Below are positions 59,070 to 64,000 of a DNA stretch of 64,000 nt, piece after piece. The translations under genes and the position numbers were made by a program. The notes under the pieces were generated by a model, which was not told where the DNA came from, searched no databases, and worked only from the letters and a program-made list of their open reading frames with translations. The stretch is from Fimicolochytrium jonesii. Taxonomy: Eukaryota. Position 1 is the stretch's first letter. The number at the start of each line of letters is the position of its first letter. The stretch is from NCBI RefSeq assembly GCF_025526975.1, contig NW_026515670.1:868001-932000 (forward strand), written 5' to 3'.

Positions 59070-59618
59070 TCACGGTGGATAATGATCTGCACTGGAATTC
59101 CGCGCGACAAGTGTCGGATGATGTCGAGGTATTCCCACCACAACATCACTGAACTGCTGAACGAGTCGATCTCGGTCATTACCAGGGCGATTCCAACCGG
59201 TGGATGGCGGTTGCCGTGCAACCACCGCCAGGTGGTGCACCAGGGTAGAGAAGGTCGGAAATGTCGCCTCGTATGGCTCGGAGAAAATGCTGCAGTACGG
59301 CCCCTCAAGCAAATCGAAATAGCTGCGAGTATAACTTGTGTACGCAAGTGGGGAGATCTCCGCTCGTCTAGCACGGCGGCCGCAAAAGATTGGCCAGATG
59401 GAGTCAGTTTCAGGGAGGTCATATCGCAGCAGGAAGTTGATGTTGCTACGGTGGTAGTTTCGTGGTTTTTTCCTCTTCAAGTTGGCACTTGCCCGTCCCA
59501 TGCAGAAGAAGACAACCTCTTGTGTAAACAATTCCTGAATTTTGTTGATCCAGTGCGACGCTGTAGCTTTTTCGGCTTCTGTGATGCGGTGTACATCAAG
59601 TCGTTTCTCGCGGATCAT
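59070..59618 (-). CDS. Possible exon or remnant of an unidentified gene
   Basis: Open frame of globular-looking composition (MIREKRLDVHRITEAEK...YTRSYFDLLEGPYCSIF...). No motif recognised and no convincing gene model. Confidence 0.25.
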   Translation of the reverse strand: MIREKRLDVHRITEAEKATASHWINKIQELFTQEVVFFCMGRASANLKRKKPRNYHRSNINFLLRYDLPETDSIWPIFCGRRARRAEISPLAYTSYTRSYFDLLEGPYCSIFSEPYEATFPTFSTLVHHLAVVARQPPSTGWNRPGNDRDRLVQQFSDVVVGIPRHHPTLVARNSSADHYPP

Positions 59619-62304
59619 TGCAGGCGTCACGGTTGTGCGGTGTGAGGAAGCCCCATCCCTGGCACACACCCCAGTGCAGTGAGCGAGCTTGGTGTTAGTA
59701 AGTGGGTCCAACAAACTCCACACTCGCAAATTCCAACAGTGGAATCGGGACAGGTAGAGATGTGTCTTGTAGTGTGGTGGCGGCATCTGGAATCGTGACG
59801 TTGCCCATGGGGTCGTTGGTTGATGTTCGTCATGCCGCAACTTGCACTACGCAATCCCTGAGGCCTTTGCTCCCTTTGTCCGCCTCCTCTGGCTACAGCC
59901 ATCGAATCCAGGTACAGTACTTCATTTCCTGGAGGGCGAACTCATACTCACCACCAACGTCTTTCCAAACGTAGTTGACCATATGTGCTGTTTTGATTTT
60001 GATTTTGATTGTCAAGCTAGGCGACGATTAAAAATGGGTAAATACGAGAACCTTGAGTTCGTGCCACGGGCTGGTTTTGGGTTTGTACGCCTCAATCGCA
60101 AATGGCGCGCTGTCCAAGAGCCGGCGCTCGTGTTGTGCAGGATTTCGACCATCTTCCCAAGTGTTCTTCAATTCGGCGGTCCGTACTCCGTAGTTTGTTC
60201 GTGGTTGACTCCCCAGAGAACTGTGCCCCACCAGCCATGGCCATGTATTTACGCTACGATGGCGATCAGTCGCTTCAGCTTTGTCGAGATCCAGCGTGGC
60301 AAGAAAGGGCGGCCAGAGACCGATGCGTCACATCCCCCAGGTCCCAAGAGCGCTGGCGCTTGTACACACAGAGTTGCAGGTCCGTCGAATAGTTCTCCTG
60401 TTCGCTGTTGTCGGCTTACCCCAGCTCAATAGATGGTCAGAGGCAATTGCATACCTTGTGTCTGCAACCTGCTCGAAAGTTCCCTCAACCCGTTGAATTT
60501 GAAGCAAATGCAAAGGTCCCACAGTGGTCAGTCGACAGGGAGTGAGTTTCCGCGAGCAAGACCGATATACATGCCGCATCGCGGTGCCCGGCATCAGGCG
60601 TCCAGTTGGGATCCTTATCCGACCAGGCAGAGAAAGAAAGGATTTACGAGGAAAAATAACACTCCATGTTGCTCACGCTCAATTCGGGTATCGATCAGAG
60701 TCGACCATCCTGCGGGAACCACAGGGCCGCCACCATAGCTGCAACAGAAACTCGAAACGTACAGTACAAACGAGTCAGCGCTGACTTTGAAGCCCATTCA
60801 AAACCTCGACTGAGATCATAGCCGAAGCGGTTGAATATATCGAGCCGGATTGGGTGTGACTGCATGCAGATGCGCATAGCACGGTGTCAAGATTGCCTGG
60901 CGACGAGAATGTATCCGCCACGTAGAGGTTGCCTCTCATCGCCCCGACGCTGAGGCCTCCCGCCGCGTCGACTCTGTTCTCCTGCATCCGACCACGGCTA
61001 CAAACGCACTGTTGGAAAGCATTATATTGTGGACAGCTTTCCCGCGGCAACGTCGTTCGCGCCAATTTAAGCTCTTCCGCTACGGCCACAACGGCTTCCA
61101 TGCGAGGGCTGCGCGCGCGGTCCTTCTGTTCACAAGTGACACAACTGCGGTTGTCGGCGAGCGGACTTGCGACTCCATGGATCCGAGGTCGGACTGCATA
61201 TCGATACTACCCACTGCCAAACAGCGGCTGTCGAAAGCATGCCTCCCATGGGCCAGGGCAGACGTCATAGGTAATATCGCATTGTATGAATTTGTGTCGC
61301 TACGCACCGGCGTGACGGTCTCCCAGCTTACGGCGACTATCTCAACTATCTCAACAGCATAGGATAATCCATCGATGCCCCGTCGGTATTGTTAGAGAAT
61401 TTTGAGGTGCCGGAATGAACATGCCAGCGAGACGATAGGCAAGTTGGAGCAATAGCCGTAAATTGCGAGGATCGACGCGGATTCTACGCGTGGTTACGCG
61501 CGACTCTAGCGCACAGTCCCACGGTGTTTTGTGGTAAACTCCCTCGCAGGCATCCCAGCGTCGTTTTTTCTTGGTGGTGGGGACACTGGGCCCCGGGTTG
61601 GTTGCTTTGTTTGTGGGTGGACGGGCAATGCCACGCACGCTTGCAGCACCGCCATGTTCGTAACTCATATGATGAATCCCTGAAATTCGGATGATGACAG
61701 AGCGAGGGAAAAGGAGAGTCCTGATTCAGACTTTGCTGTGATTCTTGATTGTGTTGCGAAACCCCTTGACCGTAGCTGCACGGCTAGCGTAAGGGCTTAC
61801 CAGATACGACAACGTTTGCGTCTGTGGAGACCCTGATGGCCGGAGGTCGCTGCTGTTTTTCTTCGTAACGGCAACAGGCATACTGCGTGTGCAGAGATCA
61901 CTCAGAAGCAACAGCATTGGTTGCAAGCATTGCTGTCCAACACGGTCTCGTTGCAACACGTTCCGCCAACTTTCAAATTCCCGAATTCAGGCCGGGGATT
62001 GGAATTTTACTCCTCAATACAGCTGAAGGGCAACACAACAGAGAAGACGGGCACCATCACGGGACGACTAGCCCGCCACCGTCCCCTCGCCCGGCGCTCC
62101 TAATACACACGGGCATACCTTCGTGCTGTGCGATCTTGTTATCGTGTCATTGGTCTTGCCTTTCAACACATTTTCCCACGCTGTGCCTGCGAAAGAATTC
62201 TGCACGAATACCCAGCAGTAGGCCTTTTGCTAATAGACAGTCTCACGAAGCGGTGCTGGCCACAACGCCCGGAAAGCTGACGAGACCGTTGGAGAGGCCG
62301 CACG

Positions 62305-64000
62305 ATGCTGCTTCTGGAAGAAACAGGCAATGTCACGCACCTCAACATCCTGCTCCTCGGCTCAGCGCATGTGGGAAAGACATCCTTACGGAGGGTCTTC
62401 CTGAGAGGCTCGCATTCTAGTGGATTGGGCAAAACTCGGCATCGAGGGCCATGGCTCAGCGGATACGACCCGACTATAGAGGACTGTAACGTCATTCAGT
62501 ACATACTCCCAGTGGCATCGCCTACCGGTGGATCTCTATCTGGCAGCGCTCTACCGATATCTCCTGTTGAGAGCTTAGGCTCAGGCAGCACGATCAGCAA
62601 TGAGGGGGACGATGCGGATAAGGAAGTGGAAATGACAGAGGAGGATCTTTGGCAGAAGAGACGTGGCCAACGGATTGTGCTCACATTGAGCGATGTTGGA
62701 GGGCATCCGTTCTATGGCACCATCTGGGCATCTGCCATAGCTGCGGCTGACGCGTTCATCCTGATCTACGACGTCGGAAACCGACAATCCTTTGAGGCCA
62801 TTTTCGGATTCTACCGTCAGATCATGGAAGTGAAATGTGCGAGGCCAGCCACGCTACCGATCATGCTGCTTGGAAATATGGTGGACAATGTAACGTCGGA
62901 CCCTACAAGATCGGCGCCAGACAAACGGCCTCGGCAGGTTACGAAAGATATGGGGCAAGCGTTGGCGGATCTGCTCAAAGTTACCTTCAACGAGACAACC
63001 GTGATGGCGCCGCAGTCTGTCGCCCATTGTTTTAGGCAGATTCTGATATCGGCACAGGAGCATGCTCGAGCGCTTCTAGCATCAGGGATAGTGTCGCTCG
63101 CCAATGAAGGGAAGATGGGACATGCGTACAAATCACGGCGGAATGGGTCGACAGGGTCCCTGCAGAGCAACGATAGCGGAGGACATCGTCACTCGAACCA
63201 ATCTCACAGATCAGCAACCGCTTCCACAGATCGCGTTTACGGCCAAGTTTCGCGAACCCAGGATATGGAGGCGAATAGGGGCAGGCTCAGCGCCGCTGGG
63301 AACCGAGATTCTTCCAACACCATATTGTCTGAAGGCTCAGCTATCTCAGTCACCAAGCCGTCAGGACCGCTGACCGTAGTGAATCCGACCCTCAAGTCAA
63401 TAGCGTCATCCACCCTATCGACCCGCTCGAAGACAGTAGTGGATGCGAATAAAGGCCTTGGCCCCGCGAAAGCAGACAGCATCAGATTTAGGCGCGATAT
63501 GGTATTCCGAGCCTGGCGAACGTTTCAACGAGGCGGCACAGTGAATGTCACCGGTGCGCAACCGAGAAGCGCAGGCGTTTCTCGGGAGGTGCTTCGGTCG
63601 CTTCTTACCCGGAGTGGAGGGAGCGAGACCTTCGGATCCTCCATTTCCGAACGAGCTGCATCCTCAATACGACTATCCGCGGGCCGCCAGCATGTGCAAT
63701 CACAGCTTTCCATGGACTCTTCCGCCTCGATCCCCGCATCGCAAACAATCAGTATTGCATCATCGACGTCATCACCGGAAATAGCGTCCACATCGTCTAC
63801 CCGAGCATGTGTTGAGGAGATCCCGCGTGCGCCACAAACTCACACCCTCAGTCTCTATCCCACAATACCCACCATGTCGTCTGTATCAAGCGACAGCACA
63901 ATACCCTATGCTCTGTCGCGAAAGCAGACAGATGTTTCCATGGAGAGCGGAATCGATGTAAACGAATTGGAGCATATCGCTGCTCGGCACCAGCCCACTC
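62305..64000 (+). CDS. Atypical Ras-family small GTPase with a large insertion and long Ser-rich tail; runs off the window end
   Basis: Open frame from ATG 62305: NILLLGSAHVGKTS (G1), YDPTIED (G2), LSDVGGH (G3), ADAFILIYDV...SF, IMLLGNMVD (G4), FNETTV (G5). Absent from the ORF track because there is no stop in the window. Confidence 0.85.
   Translation, partial: MLLLEETGNVTHLNILLLGSAHVGKTSLRRVFLRGSHSSGLGKTRHRGPWLSGYDPTIEDCNVIQYILPVASPTGGSLSGSALPISPVESLGSGSTISNEGDDADKEVEMTEEDLWQKRRGQRIVLTLSDVGGHPFYGTIWASAIAAADAFILIYDVGNRQSFEAIFGFYRQIMEVKCARPATLPIMLLGNMVDNVTSDPTRSAPDKRPRQVTKDMGQALADLLKVTFNETTVMAPQSVAHCFRQILISAQEHARALLASGIVSLANEGKMGHAYKSRRNGSTGSLQSNDSGGHRHSNQSHRSATASTDRVYGQVSRTQDMEANRGRLSAAGNRDSSNTILSEGSAISVTKPSGPLTVVNPTLKSIASSTLSTRSKTVVDANKGLGPAKADSIRFRRDMVFRAWRTFQRGGTVNVTGAQPRSAGVSREVLRSLLTRSGGSETFGSSISERAASSIRLSAGRQHVQSQLSMDSSASIPASQTISIASSTSSPEIASTSSTRACVEEIPRAPQTHTLSLYPTIPTMSSVSSDSTIPYALSRKQTDVSMESGIDVNELEHIAARHQPT

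Overview
Gene-dense, intron-rich eukaryotic DNA with short (mostly 50-90 nt) GT-AG introns and CTRAC-like branch points. It is most likely from a zoosporic (chytrid-type) fungus, because fungal housekeeping genes occur with the cilium gene CCDC96/CFAP184 and an animal-like TRP channel. About 21 protein-coding loci were assembled by hand: BMS1 (5' truncated), a PHD/ePHD protein, CCDC96, a secreted protein resembling a bacterial family, a polyQ protein with a lone Tc1-type HTH, a TRP channel, caleosin, an RRM gene missed by the ORF track, an Ala/Pro/Glu/Thr-rich protein, SEC11, VPS8, a PY-motif protein, peroxisomal LON, a WSC receptor, a DUF262 protein, a NOXRED1-like ORF, a PNPOx-like protein, SRP14, an IFI27-like protein, MFSD1, MTHFR and an atypical Ras-family GTPase (3' truncated). 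There is also one tRNA-Ser(GCT). The main unexplained signal is a repeat family built from GAGCGGAGCGAGC, a hairpin and CCAACATCC...GAGCAGGGT. It was seen only inside four unusually long introns of four unrelated genes, always in the host's sense orientation. Other highlights are an apparently domesticated Tc1 DNA-binding domain, an in-frame TAG upstream of an RRM, and a possible splice fusion between two neighbouring ORFs. All family assignments come from recognising motifs by eye; no searches were run.
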